A stretch of DNA of 63,553 bases, the filler included. It is 11 parts of 11 records of this genome, joined end to end, with 100 filler letters (N's around TTAATTAATTAA, not from the genome) between each part and the next. Parts side by side here need not be neighbours in the genome. Positions count along the whole stretch, not along the records: positions 32,219 to 38,984 come from SRR7504441_21165; positions 39,085 to 42,980 come from SRR7504441_21168; positions 43,081 to 47,753 come from SRR7504441_21183; positions 47,854 to 50,923 come from SRR7504441_21184; 7 more parts are not named here. One strand, given 5' to 3'. Shown in pieces: positions 35,201 to 47,966 of this stretch. A program made the position numbers and the translations under genes. How positions within the stretch are numbered: position 1 is the stretch's first letter; every line of letters begins with the position of its first letter. The notes beneath the pieces were generated by a model. That model saw only the letters and a program-made list of their open reading frames with translations, searched no databases and was not told the origin of the DNA.

Positions 35201-37035
35201 TGGTGCCGACTCCATGTAAAGAGGGCATGATGGGGCCGATCTGTGCGGTGTGCGAGAAAAACTGGGCCAACACTGGAACCACCTGTGTGAGCTGTGACGG
35301 CTTCAAAATAACCAACCAGTTCATTCTCTTCTGCATCGCAATGGGCGTCACGCTGGTTGTGCTGGTGGGTTACATTGTCAGCAAGTGCTGTGGGGATGAG
35401 GACGAGAAGGCGATCAAGTCAACACAAGCGCTCAAAATTCTGATGAAGAAGAAGAAGACGGTAGCTCGCTTGGTGAACATCTTTGGACAGGCCAAGATCC
35501 TTGTGGCTTACTTTCAGGTCGTGATCTGCATCATGCTTGGCGGTGCGGTCGAATTCCCAGCCAATTTTGCCTATCTCATGGACTCATTCGCAATAGTGAA
35601 CATAGACGTTGTCGCTCTGATCAAATCCATGTGCCTCCTGGAAGGAGATTTCTACGCAGTGTGGCTATGGAACTTTTCCCTTCCAATCGTTGTGACCACA
35701 GTTTTGGTTGGGTATACTTGGGCTACTTGGCCCGAGGAGAATGACAAATCCGAGGAGGCGTTGTACCATACCGCCTTCTGCTGGAAAGCCGTACTCATGC
35801 TCCTGTTTTTCATGTACCCGAACTGCACGAGGGTGATGCTCTCCATGTTTAACTGTCAGGAGATCCAGTGGTCCGATTCAGAGACTAAGCATTTTCTCAA
35901 GGCTGACTACCAACTCGAGTGCTATACGGACGATTGGCTCTACTACAGCCCGTGGGCTGGACTGGGTGTACTTCTGTACCCGATAGGTGTCCCGCTCGTC
36001 TTCTACTTCACGATCTACCCTTATGCCAAGAACGATCCCGAACAGCCGCGTGCGCAGACTCTCAATAGCGCGGTGATCAAGGAAAAATTCGATTTTCTCT
36101 ACTGCCGTTTCAGACCCGAGTATTGGTGGTATGAGACGTCCGAGCTGGTGCGTAAAGCGCTGATTGGGGTGCTGATCCCGATGTTTGTGATGCCTGGCAC
36201 GGCCACAAACACACTTTTGTTGCTGACACTGAACTTATTCTATATCTGCTTGATTTTTGTTTGTTGGCCATTTCGAAACGAGGACGACAATGTGCTCATG
36301 AGTCTAAGTCTGATCGCAATCGAAGCCACGCTGTTTGGGGCACTGGTGATCAATGGGCAAATCGACATCACGGACGATTGGAGCGACGGAGTGAACACTG
36401 GACTGCTACTTGGGATTACTCTCACCTTGATCGTACTGTACATCGTGATACTGCTCCGGTTCCAGCTTCCGTTCATTTGCAACCACGGTTTTCCTTTGTG
36501 CTACCTGGACTGTATTAAGGAGTCAAGGCTCAACTGCTTCAAGAAAACTAAGAAGAGCAAACACACCCTCGGTGGCGACGTGTACCCCGATGGCCAGGTG
36601 GGCGTGGCAATGAATCCAATGAATGCAACCGATGTGGTCGAGATGGACGAGAGCGAGCTGGACCAGTTGATCGAGACATATTTCCATCGATACGACCTTG
36701 ACGAGTCGGGCACTATCAACAGCGTGGATGAGCTGCAGCAGCTGACCACAAACCTGGCGTTCAAGCTCAAGCTCAGTCTGACTGGACAAGAGATCGACGA
36801 GACGATCAACAGCGTGGGCCAGTTGGATGACTCGAATGGAATGGTGCTCAGCGAGTACACGACCTGGCTCAAGGAGAATTTCCTCGAGTTTGAGGATCCG
36901 AACGACCCACGGAACCCGGTGAGCGCTGCAATGATGGGCGCTGTCTCGATGAACCAAGATATGCAAATGCAGATGCAGATGATGGGACAGTATGAAGAAG
37001 AGGAATCTGACGAAGATTGGGGCGACGGCGATTGA
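32219..37035 (+). CDS. Large receptor-like membrane protein: beta-helix (GGAI/FxxN) ectodomain, Cys-rich region, about 8-9 TMs, C-terminal EF-hand; 5'-partial
   Basis: Repeated FxxN...GGA(I/L/V). CxxC-rich stalk (CKECPKKGADC, GPICAVC). KILVAYFQV, FLKADYQLEC, FLYCRFRPEYWWYETSELVRK, WPF motifs. DLDESGTINSVDE EF loop. Confidence 0.85.
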
Positions 37036-37454
37036 TGGAACTAAGTTACTTGTATGGCACGGTACTGGACAATCAAAGCATCAAGAGCAAATGCCGTGTC
37101 TTTGCACGCATGAGTTGACGTGTACAAACTACTTCGATTATTGAGCAAGATTGAATATTCGTACGCTATTCATGGGTACAAGTTTACACTGTACATACTG
37201 AAAAATTGTGCGGTATGGAGTCATTGACAAATATTCAAGACCATAATGTTATAATTACTCGTACATGTACTCGTACAAAAAGATGATGAAATAAAAACAA
37301 ACTAATTACTTAGAAAAGTTAGTTGTTGTACGTATACTGGATTACTGGTACTGGTACAGCTGTACGGTACGTGTATAATAATAAGCCCGCAGTTTGGAAC
37401 AAAGCACGATGTGTACCAGCAACGACCGGCGGCCTCTGCGTGTGTAGCTCTCTG

Positions 37455-38771
37455 ATGGCGCTCCTTACCTGTCGGATTTTGTCTCATGTGGTGGTCGTGG
37501 CTCTCAGCATACCGGCCGCCAGTCTGGACGAGGCACAGCCTCCTCCGGCGCCGGTCTGCCCGGACAGCTCGCCCGACGAGGGGCCCTACGCCAGATCTTC
37601 TGCTCACACGGCCCGGGCTGAGGAGCTCCTGCAGCTTGGTGACTTCCGCGGCGCATTCGAGCTCTGGCGACGTGCGGCTGAGCTGCTGCGACGCGAGGAC
37701 CTGGACCATGACACGGATGCAGCGCACCCGTTGCTCAATGGGAGCGCCGAGTATCAGGATATCAATTTCAGGGCGGTCAGTCGGGTGAAACTGCGGCACG
37801 ACGCCGAGCAACTGGAGCACCTGATTGCCAGGGGCATCCTCTCCAACGCGAGCCACGGCCGCCTGGCCAACCTGTATCGGAGACTGCTGAAGGAACTGCC
37901 CGACGCGCAAGACGCGGGTCGCATGGACATCAGGCAGATCATGCATCCCCCGCCACATGATCCGAGCTCCGACCGCCGTGAGATCGGCGGCATGGGTCTG
38001 CTAATGCGCGGTCTGAATCGGGCGGCGCATCTGTGGTGGCCCCACGAAGCTCCAGCCAACTCGACCCTGTCCAAGGATGCCAACTGGAAGGCTGTGCAGC
38101 AGAACTTCTTGAGCAATGGCTCCATCGTGGTAGTCGAGAACGCGCTGAGCCAGGAAACTCTGATGGCACTGAGGGAATGGTGCGAGACCTCCACTATGTG
38201 GTTCAAGACTCGGAGCGCTTACCTCGGGGCCTTCCTAAGAGAGGGGTTCAGTGCGCCTCTACTGCTGCAGGTTGCGCAGGAGCTCCGGGCCGCCATGCCA
38301 GAGTTACTTGGCCAGTACCCGCTGGCCCAGGCCTGGGGGTTCAAGTACTCAAATGTGCCAGAGGACTGGGATATGGCTGATTCGGGTATAGGTCTCCACG
38401 CCGACCAAGGCATGATCTCTATAAATCTCTGGCTGACCGAAGATGAGGCCAATCTGGATCCGGCATCCGGAGGGTTGACCGTCTTCGACACAGCTGCTCC
38501 GCCACATTTTTCAGGGGCTGACTACAATCGTATGCAATTCCGCGAGAGGAATGAAGCATTGGTGAGAAGCGGCCCAAGATACGACGTGCCTTACCGTTGC
38601 AACCGAATGGTCATATTCCGTTCAAGGCTGTTCCACAAGACGATGCCGATTCACTTCCGGCCGGGCTACAAGTCGCGACGCATTAACTTAACACTGGCAT
38701 TCATGGACCCAAAGACGAAATTCAAAGTACCACGGAACCCGGCTCAAGTAAGTGGTGGCTCTCTTCATTAA
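37455..38771 (+). CDS. 2OG-Fe(II) dioxygenase-like protein with hydrophobic leader and TPR-like helix pair
   Basis: GLHADQ (HxD), INLWLT..ANLDPASGGL, VPYRCNRMVIF..LFHKT (distal His), RRINLT. Confidence 0.82.
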   Translation: MALLTCRILSHVVVVALSIPAASLDEAQPPPAPVCPDSSPDEGPYARSSAHTARAEELLQLGDFRGAFELWRRAAELLRREDLDHDTDAAHPLLNGSAEYQDINFRAVSRVKLRHDAEQLEHLIARGILSNASHGRLANLYRRLLKELPDAQDAGRMDIRQIMHPPPHDPSSDRREIGGMGLLMRGLNRAAHLWWPHEAPANSTLSKDANWKAVQQNFLSNGSIVVVENALSQETLMALREWCETSTMWFKTRSAYLGAFLREGFSAPLLLQVAQELRAAMPELLGQYPLAQAWGFKYSNVPEDWDMADSGIGLHADQGMISINLWLTEDEANLDPASGGLTVFDTAAPPHFSGADYNRMQFRERNEALVRSGPRYDVPYRCNRMVIFRSRLFHKTMPIHFRPGYKSRRINLTLAFMDPKTKFKVPRNPAQVSGGSLH

Positions 38772-39530
38772 CATAAAGAACACATCACAATCGATTCGAG
38801 CCTGCGCAAGTAATAAACTTTTAATCCTATCATTATATTTTCGAGAGCCATACGCCCACCCGCTCATGCATATCTGATATGCACGAGTGATGAAAAAAGA
38901 ATTCCCTGCTTGGCTGATCGCACAGCTCGCACATAAATCGCAGGCCCTAGATCACTCCTTCTCTCCCAGTCCAGTCAGCGACATNNNNNNNNNNNNNNNN
39001 NNNNNNNNNNNNNNNNNNNNNNNNNNNNTTAATTAATTAANNNNNNNNNNNNNNNNNNNNNNNNNNNNNNNNNNNNNNNNNNNNGCGCCAGTTACGCAGA
39101 GAGGATTTCACATCGTCCGGCGTGATGGAGATCGCGCCGTCAGACTGGAGGGATCTGATAGCGGTGATGAAACCGAACAAAGCTAGGGACAGCTTGGGGT
39201 GCCACGTGAATCTGCTCAAGGCCTTAGGACGATCTGTGCGGGTCAAGGAGGAGGGTGACTAGAGGGTGACAGGGAGCGGCCGTCGCCAGCAGCATGGGTG
39301 GCGAAGCCACCCAACGGACAGTGACAATCAAGATCTGCAAGGAACAACTCCAAGACACCAAAACAAGTCTTTGATTTCATCCTATACCACAGTTAGTTAG
39401 CATGTGCTTTAGTAGTAGTCTCGACCTTGATCGAAAGAGGGGGGATGTTGTGAAGGTTAGATCAGTCATCCGTGGAATGCCACTCCCCGCCTCACGCCCC
39501 ACCTCAACGGAAAACCGTTGCGTGGCCGAC

Positions 39531-42334
39531 ATGGATCCGTCTGCGTACCTCCGTGGCACGGTCGGCTCGCTGGGCCGGTCGAGCGGGTTCCGTTATGAAG
39601 AGACCGCGGTGGTCACCGCCTGGTTGCCTCTGCCCAACTGTCGGGTGTAGGTCTCATCGGACTCGCCGGCCTGGATGCAGGTTAACAAGGTCCGAGCCGC
39701 GCCCAGCCGTGGCCACGGTAACCGGGTGGCAGGATGTAATGGTGGCCGGGGGGGTGGCCCCGCACCAGCAGTCCGTTGAGGTCCAAGCTGAGTCTTACAA
39801 CCGCAAAGGCCACATCCCATCGTTGGTCGAGCGGCTCCAGGACGCCTCGGGCGCATCCAGGCAGCGCGCCCCGAATCCGATCGGTTGGGATGCCGATGTG
39901 TCACATTCTGTAACAGTGGTCTCAGGCCAATATGAGCTCGGCCACGGTGGGGAGCGGAGGCACTACACCGACCCCGAGGTCTCAGCGGCCTGAAACGCGC
40001 CTGAACCGAGGCAGGGCCGCGGCCGTGCGCTGAACGGAGACTGGCGGATGCCGCCCCCCGACCAGAACATGATCAAGGTGACCGCTGCAGTTAACGCCAG
40101 ACACCGTTTTCCAGGCCAAGGCGCGCGAGTTTGACGCCGGGTATAAACTTGGCTGGACGGGAGCCATGGCCGACAGTTTCGGTGTCGGGCTGGTCAACAA
40201 CTCAACGGTCCGGCTTCGGCAACTATACCACGCCTGAATCAAACAGGTGCACACCACCTCGACGGCATTTGCCACCAAGAAGGCCGACATGACACCCAAG
40301 AAGCTCACCCCCTCCGTCAGGTAACCCCCAGCGATTAATAACTGCTGGGCTGAGAGCAGCGCTGACAGGCACTACGACCCGGGCTCACGGCAGCAGGAGA
40401 TGCTCGTTTTCGAACAGTCACTCAGGTGCACTGTTGATAAAATTCTGATCGAATTCCGAACGGCCAGGTCGGCGATCATGACTCCGACTGTTGTCTCACG
40501 CCAGCCGACTGATGAAGTACTCACACCGTCCCAAGTCCGGGCCCAGCAGCTGGCTCACCGGCACCACGAGCTGTCCGTCCACCGGCAGGTTGTGCTAAAA
40601 TCCGGCTGCTGGGTGTATTTATGGACTAACGGCAGCGGGCGGCGGTCCACCTGGACGAGCGCCTGATTGCAAGCAAAGGCCGGCTGATGGAGCAGCCGGG
40701 ACTGATGCAAATCCTCAAGGCCCAAGCAAGCAGGTCATCCACCGGTCTGATCATAGATCAAATGCATCGGCAGCTCGGCCGTGGCACCCTCTCGCAACCT
40801 GCATCGCCCACCGACGCAGGTGGGCCAGCGAATCCAGGCCTGGCAGGTCTGCCATTATTATCATCATTATCGTCCTTATTTGCCTGTCAGCCGCGGTCGC
40901 TCAATCTGGGCTGCACTCACAAGCGGAGTGACACCACGCTCCGGGTAACAGCCGTTTTGAGGACAACTTTAATAATAGACTGCAGGTGTTCGCAGGGCAC
41001 TCAATGGACGTCTTGGAAGTGACTTCGTATCGCGACTTTCTGTTCACGGCTAGCAAGGATCGGACAATCAAGCTATGGGACCTGGTGAGCAAAGATATGT
41101 GGGCTAAGATCGTCAGATCCTCAGAATCTTTGGCTGAGAGCGGCTGGTGGCAGGTGACCGCCGAGTGTATGTTCACCTACTCCGGACACACCGATTGGGT
41201 GATCGACCTCAAGGCGTGCTCACGTGAACAGAAGCTTCTCCCTCAGACCTACCAGGGCCGGCCTCTGGTGCTTCTCTCAGCTTCTGCTGACAAGACGGTG
41301 AATCGTTTTGATTTCACTTAATTCATGTTCCTCATTCTTTGTCCAGGCCCGTCTCTGGAATGCCACCACCGGCGAGTGTTTCCAGATTCTGTCGGGAGGT
41401 CATGATGAAGCTATCACTTCGCTCGTCTGGGTGCGTATTAACTGATTATACTGAGTTTAGACTGCATCTAACTGTCACATATAAGGTGCGGAATGCTGTG
41501 TTCACTGGCTCAGCGGACTGCTCAATTGGTAAGTGGTGCCCAGACACCGGCAAGCTGGTCGGCCGTTGCATCGGGCACCGGGGCACCGTTTGGAACATTG
41601 CTCAGTCTGCCGGCTTTATCTTCTCATGCAGTGACGACCTGACTGCCCGCCAGTGGGATCAAAAGACCTGCCAGCAAGTCCGTGCCTTCCGTGGGCACAC
41701 TGGGTCGGTCCTTGACCTGTGTTGTGTTCTGTCTGGTGGAATGCCTGGATTTGAGCGAGAGCAGGCAGGGATGTTGTGTACAGTGTCAGAGGATGGATCG
41801 CTCCGAATCTGGCGGACCGGGGTGGACGATCCTGAAGGCGGAAAATGTGTGGCGATGGCCCGAGGGTTTGAGGCGTCGGCCAAGATGGGCGAGATCTCAG
41901 ACCAAGCCACCTATCGTGGAGTAACCCAAGATGTCAAGAAGGAACGTTCAAGGCATTACGCGCACATCTCTGGCTGGCAGTGGATGGGAGCCCTTCACTC
42001 GGTCACAGCTAACAACAAGACTGGGGTAATCTACACTGGGTCAGCCAATGGGATGATCTGCGAGTTTGACCTGAACCAGCGCTCGTGGCAGGAGCTCGAA
42101 GGCACCGAAGGTGTGATGGAGCTGGTCCGGAACCATTACTATATGACCGAAGCCAATCAGTTTGCCAACAGACACACCGGAGAGAAGCGGCTCAAAGGTA
42201 ACTCAATCTATACGCTCCATTTGAGCGAGGACGGTTTCCTGTTTGCCGGATCTGAGGACAGCACCGTACACGAGTTTTGGGTGAGCAAAGCCGGCCGGGA
42301 CCACGAGCTTCTGCAAGGCAATGCCTCAACCTAG
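39531..42334 (+). CDS. Intron-rich WD40 repeat protein; 5' exons approximate
   Basis: GHSMDV..LFTASKDRTIKLWD, GHTDWV, GHRGTVW, GHTGSV repeats. A chain of small exons with GT-AG introns can be followed from ATG 39531. Confidence 0.8.
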
Positions 42335-42562
42335 CTAAAGAGCCTGCGTGTTCCAGCCTCTGAGTTGTGCTACAAGAGAAAACGCCGTCTCTGCTGAATG
42401 AATGTCAGGATATAATGCTATTACATAGACAATGATATGCCGATTCCTTTACATTGACCGCAAATAATGATATTACATTGATTGAATGATAATTATATCT
42501 TATGTTAATACTTATACCGGTATGCGTAGATTACGTAAAATCATGTATATCATTTCAACTAC

Positions 42563-42608
42563 ACCGTAGATTTCAACTATAATACACAGTGTAGTTGAAA
42601 TCTACGGT
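42563..42608. repeat. Perfect 17-bp inverted repeat with 12-nt loop
   Basis: ACCGTAGATTTCAACTA (42563-42579) and TAGTTGAAATCTACGGT (42592-42608). Confidence 0.9.
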
Positions 42609-43080
42609 AGGGTAGTTCGTTAGAAATCCGTCGTGGCTTGGTGGTAAGTTGGTGGGATTGATGTAACTCTTGAGCACGTCGATTGTCCGCTTGTCTTGCG
42701 CTTGTCCGACCTGAAGTTTTTTTAAAATCATGAGGCAACTTTATTCAAGTAAAGCCCCCCCAGAATTAAACTGAGACGCGTACGTTGGTTTGCAACCATA
42801 AAGAGCGAAGATAGCAATGTTGGCTCAGGAGAGTGAGTGGAAGCGGACGTGCTGGCCATCTTTGTGAAATGAGTGCCTCTCTCCTCTACCCATGACGTCC
42901 ATGACTGGTCATCTGGCATCCACTTCCACTCTCGTACGATCCAGTGGCATCCTTGTTTTCGTAACTGTGATACCACAAACNNNNNNNNNNNNNNNNNNNN
43001 NNNNNNNNNNNNNNNNNNNNNNNNTTAATTAATTAANNNNNNNNNNNNNNNNNNNNNNNNNNNNNNNNNNNNNNNNNNNN

Positions 43081-45673
43081 CGAGCTCCTCGATCTTGTCG
43101 TTCAACTTCTTCATCTCGTTCACCGAAAACTTGGGCGACGCTCCTGCTTGCATGGATTTCTGAGCCGCCTGCAGGTCGTGCTCCAACTTCGCAATCTGTT
43201 CTCTACACTGTTGCAATTCGTCGGCATCGTCGCTTTTTGACTCAGCCCCAGCCTTGGGCGCCACCTTCTTTTTTATATTCGTCTTGGCCTGTTCCAGCTC
43301 CTTTTCCTTCTGAAGCTCCGCCACCTGGTCCCGTAGCTCCACTTCAGTTGCTTTCAAAGCCGCAATCTCGTTATTCAGAGCCGTCTGGGCTTCCTTCTCC
43401 TTTGCTACCATTGCAAACGCCTGCCAGCAGCATTATATGCAGTCGATTGCCGCCAGTGTCACCTTAGCGTCAGCTGCTTCCTTGGCTTCAAGCACTTGCT
43501 GAGCAGCGAGCTGCTGAGACTCCTTCAGCTCCTTTTCTGCCTGCTCTGCCCGCTGCTCCGCCTCGTCCTTGATCAAGTTGGATGCCGTTGCGGCAGCATC
43601 CGGACTGGTTACTGGCAGCTCCTGCACCCCGCATATCTCACCGGCCGCGCTTGGGCAGTGAAGCCACCGCTTGGCCAGGTTGGTTTGCGTGCCGCAGCTT
43701 TTCCTCGAGCGTGGCGACCGACAACTTAAGCTCGTGTTCAGTCCTCCTGAGCGCCTGCATGTTGATCCCTTGCTCTACGTGCGCCCCTCGGATCCCGTCC
43801 CGCTGCTCTTGCAGCACCTTGCCCCCTGGTGAGTGGCCTGGCACTGTGGCGAGCACCTCCAACGCTGCCTCTAGCTGCACCTGCGCTTGCAGACTTCCTT
43901 CGAGCTGCCAGCACACGTCAGCCAAGCAGTGGCTGGTCAGTGAGTAGGGGCACACCTCCATGCTGTACTGGTTGTACTGGTCCTGGAACATGGCAGCCCG
44001 ACTGTACGCACTGTCTCGCTCCGATTTGGCCACCGCCAACTCGTCCCTCACAAGCTGCAATTCCGCCTCGAAAGCCTCGACCTGGGCCTGCCCGCCCAGC
44101 TCACAACGCTCACGCGGCTGCCACCTGCATCGCAGCCTGCGTGATGGCGCCCTCGCCGCGCTCAAGCTCCCGCTGTCGCTTCAGCGTGAGAAGCTCTGAC
44201 TTGAGCTCACTCTGAGGCGACGAGAGAACAGGCGACCGGGACCTCCTCGTCAACCCTCGCGGCTGTATCGGAGACGGCGGCGAGGCCGCCCGAGGCGGCG
44301 TCGGAGTTCGGCGGGGTCGGATCCCGGGCGTTAGCGCCACGTTTAGCTCCGACCGGAGTTCGTCTCGCTCCCGTCGCAGAGTAGAGACCTGGCGGTATTC
44401 AGGAGCTGGGGCAGGCTGGAGGGGACCTCCTGTTGTAGCATGTTCTGCACAGATGCTCCGTTAGAAGAGAGCTTGCTTCGGCCGTCGGGCTGGGTCTGAA
44501 GCGCGGTGGAGAGCGAAGCGGTGCAGTCATCGGAGCCTTTGACCAGACAATCACCCACCTTGTGCACAGTCACTCAGTCGGGAATCGTACATGAGCGCAC
44601 CGTGCATAGAGAGGTTACAGCCGCGTCGTGCCCAACCAGCGTCTGCAGCCATTCACCAGAGTGCAGACGCCAGGCCCGGACGGTAGTATCGGCGCTGCCA
44701 GAGTAAATCAAACCATCTGCCACGCAGAGCGAGGTGACGGACGAAAAGTGTCCTGTTAACGTCCGAATGTGTTGGCCTGACTGGACGTCCCACTGGATGA
44801 TGCTCTGATCGCATGACCCAGTGATCAGCACGCTGCCGTCGCACCAGACCGCTAGCACCCCCGCGCTGTGCCCTTCAAACACCTGAGTCAGTTCTCCAGT
44901 TGTGGCGCTCCATTGGAGGCTTCGGCCGTTCTCACACCCGGCGTACACCGCGCCTCCCACAGCACTCACGCACCAGATGCAGCCGGCCGCTTGGGCCGCC
45001 TCGTACAGCGCAATGCACTGCCCGGCCCCGGGGCCTTCGAGGCTCCACTTGCGTATAGTCGCATCTGCACTCGAAGACAAGACTCCGTGCGCGTGGATCG
45101 CCAGGCCCCAAACCGCGTCCTGATGCCCTGCCCCGGCTGCTCAGCCGGGCAAACCGAACAGCCGCCCACCCGCCAGCGTCCGGATGCACTCCCCCCGGTC
45201 TAGACTCCACTGCCTGAGCGTGCAGTCCGCGGACCCCGAGACCATCCAGTCAAACCCTGCAGCCCAGTCGGGTCTGAGCCGGCTCGGCGGGCACCTGGGC
45301 TGCAGATGCACGAGGTGACCCAGTCGGTGTGCCCGAGCAGCGTCATCAGCACCGACCCTGTCACAGAGTCCCACTGCTTTATGCTCCCATCTTCGCTCGC
45401 AGTCAGCACGCTCTCGCGCGGGCCGGCGCACACGCACCGGACTGGCCCGCCGGTCAGCGGCGCCGGGCGTGCGGGCTGACCTGGCTGGCTGTGCCCCGTG
45501 AAGGTGCGGAGTAAGTGCCCGCCCTGCCTGGTGTCCTGCGAGCTCGCAAATCCGCCTCCATTGGCGGTGGGCCGGACCGACAAGCCAGCGAGCCCCAGCC
45601 CGGCTGGGCTGGGCTGCTGGGCTGCCGGGACCACTCGGGGCTTTGCCCGCGGCGGGTCGATCCAGCCGCTCAT
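43081..45673 (-). CDS. WD40 repeats followed by a long coiled coil, multi-exon, 3'-partial
   Basis: Start MSGWIDPP at 45673. GHTDWVTS, GHSAGVLAV, GHFSSVTSL and GHDAAVTSL repeats. E/K/Q/A-rich exons at 43081-44210. Confidence 0.8.
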
Positions 45674-45747
45674 CGGCCGACCATTTCGTCCCCCTGAGCT
45701 CGTCCCCACTCGTCCACTGCCTCGCGCCGCAACGGCCGTTCAACAGC

Positions 45748-47002
45748 ATGGCCAGCTTCATAGGGGCACTCCGGCCGGGCCAGCCCATCCGGGAGGTGGC
45801 CCACGCCGACGGCTCACTGGCGCTGCTCTCGCCGCAGGGCGGCTGCACTCGCTACCCCCTCTCCCAGGCGGGCGCCCCGGCCGATCCGCCCCGAGCCGGG
45901 CCACAGGAGGCCGCGCCGCAGCTGCTGGCCTCAGGCGAAGGCCTGAGCATGTGTATCGCTGAGCAGGCGGCCGGCCAGCTCCGGCGGGGCTCAGGCTTGG
46001 TCTCAGGTGCTGCTGCTGCTGCTCTTTGGCCCAGCCGGGCTCCGACTCGCCGCGTGGGGACCGGACGGGCCGCTCAGCCTTCAGGTCGGGTGGCCTGGCT
46101 GCCCCGAATCGCTCACCGGGGAGCCCGAGTGCGGGCCGAGCCTGCGGCCACAGCCAGCGGGGGTCAGGGCGGGGCTGCCGGTCAGAGCGGACGGGGAGGC
46201 GCGGCTGCATGCGGCCCAGGCGCGGCCGGGTGGGATGGCCGGGGCCAGCCGGGGGAGCAGGGGATGGTTGGGCTCGAGAGTCAGGAGCTCGGCGGGATGG
46301 TGCTCTGGCGGGTGAAGGTGGGCCGGCCGGTCAGCCGCCGCTTAGCGCCAGGCTGTAGCACCAAGATAAAATAGTTCGGCTGGAAATGCTGCTCCGTTTC
46401 GCGGTTCCCAAATGGACAGCGGTCGGACTCAGCCCGGCGTTGGTTGCATTCAGCCAGGGTTTACCGGTCATGCGACGGGCGGGCGAGCCGGGGGCAGGGG
46501 GGGCGCTGCTGTGGGCGCCAGTTGAGGATTTAGAAGGCTCCGAGCAGTCGCTGCAGACAGTGCAGCTGCCAGGCTCAACTGTGACCCGGCTCAGGCCGGT
46601 GGGGGAAGCCGTGGCGGCGGTGGGAGCCGACGGAGTGCACCTGCTCAACGCCTCGGGTACGGCCTGGCCTGTGCGCGCTGAGGCGGCAGACAGGTCGGCT
46701 GATTCGTGTTTTGATGCCCGGGATTGCGATGGTCCGCAGCACGCCGTGACGAACGGCTCAGTCCGGGGCAGGTAAGCGACCTAGCGCTCTTGAGCGAGAC
46801 GGCCGGGCGGGTCGCGGTGCTCGGGCGGCACCGGACCATATACTTGTGTAACGGGCTGAGGCCGGAGACCGAGGCGGGCGAACTGAAGGTGGAGTGCGTC
46901 GGGGCTGTGCTGAATGAGCAACCCGTGAGCCGGCTCGAGGCGATCCAGCCTGATTGCGTGCTGGCGCTGTCCGAGGGCAGTCTGGCCTTCTGGTTGGTCT
47001 AG
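45748..47002 (+). CDS. Hypothetical multi-exon protein, beta-propeller-like
   Basis: MASFIGAL start; exons in ORFs 46007-, 46386- and 46724-47002 ending LALSEGSLAFWLV*. Confidence 0.55.
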
Positions 47003-47194
47003 CCCCGGCGGTGGCTGGGACTCAAAGTCTTCACGGCCAGTGCCCCATTGGCAATCAGTGATGATTGTCATGATCATGATGTTGTCCTAATGTTGTCCGA
47101 AGGAGTGCGTTAGCATCTAGGAATTGAGAAGTATTAAATTTTTATTATATCTGGAGCTTACAGAGTCGCGGTCGTGGATGTTAGCAGAATATGA

Positions 47195-47753
47195 TCACCA
47201 GAGGAAAGTGAAATAGACCATCGTGACCAAACTAAGCGTCAACACTACCAAAATGCCACACTTTTGGCTAGTTGCTACACCCCGCCGAGTCAGGCCAGCC
47301 ATGCGGCGGGCGTACAGGTGGAGCTCTCAAGCAAGTCGGTCAGCTTCTTGGACGAGACCTTCACTCTATCCAACAGATCTGCCTGGTTCTTTCCCGTTTC
47401 CTCTAGCATCCTGAACCAGCCAGCTCAGCCAGCAGATACGCCCGAGCCGACCGGTTTTGGCTGACCAGCTCGGCGTTCATGTCCAGCGAGACCTGCTGCA
47501 GCCGGTCTACGCTGTCTCCGATCTCGCCCATCATCTCGTCTTGCTCGGCCATCAATTGCTGCCCCGCCGTCACGGCCTGCCCCGCCCAGCCTACACCTGC
47601 TGCTCCATCTTCTCGTCCTCTAGGATCAGATTCCCCCGGAGCTCAACCGCAGTCTCCGTGGCGTTCCCCAGCTGAAGCGCCTGCCCGTCCGACATCCCTC
47701 AGTCTTCAGCTCGTGAGAGGGCGCCAGGGGGCGAGGGGGGGGGGGGGGGGGGC
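47195..47753 (-). CDS. Qc-SNARE (syntaxin-6/Tlg1/SYP61-like), 5'-partial; absent from ORF track
   Basis: Spliced ...MEQQ|QLMAEQDEMMGEIGDSVDRLQQVSLDMNAELVSQNR|MLEETGKNQADLLDRVKVSSKKLTDLL...CGILVVLTLSLVTMVYFTFLW*: SNARE heptads with zero-layer Q and a C-terminal TM. Confidence 0.85.
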
Positions 47754-47966
47754 NNNNNNNNNNNNNNNNNNNNNNNNNNNNNNNNNNNNNNNNNNNNTTA
47801 ATTAATTAANNNNNNNNNNNNNNNNNNNNNNNNNNNNNNNNNNNNNNNNNNNNCCCCCCCCCCAAGTCCGAGCGGGCGCCTGAAGCAAAACTCGGATCTG
47901 CTTCTCTGATTGATCTGCCATCACCCAGAGCGAATCCTCCTGCTCCAATCTGCAACTGTATAATTT

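Noticed and set aside
42728-42976. 82-aa minus-strand ORF fragment at a contig end, and the fragment at 39085-39300
   Set aside because: No recognisable motif and truncated; cannot support a call.
47735-47863. Poly-G/poly-C tracts at contig ends (also about 28728-28741) as telomeric or G-quadruplex elements
   Set aside because: Homopolymers, at least two of them in intron-like context, where assembly broke; lengths are unreliable.
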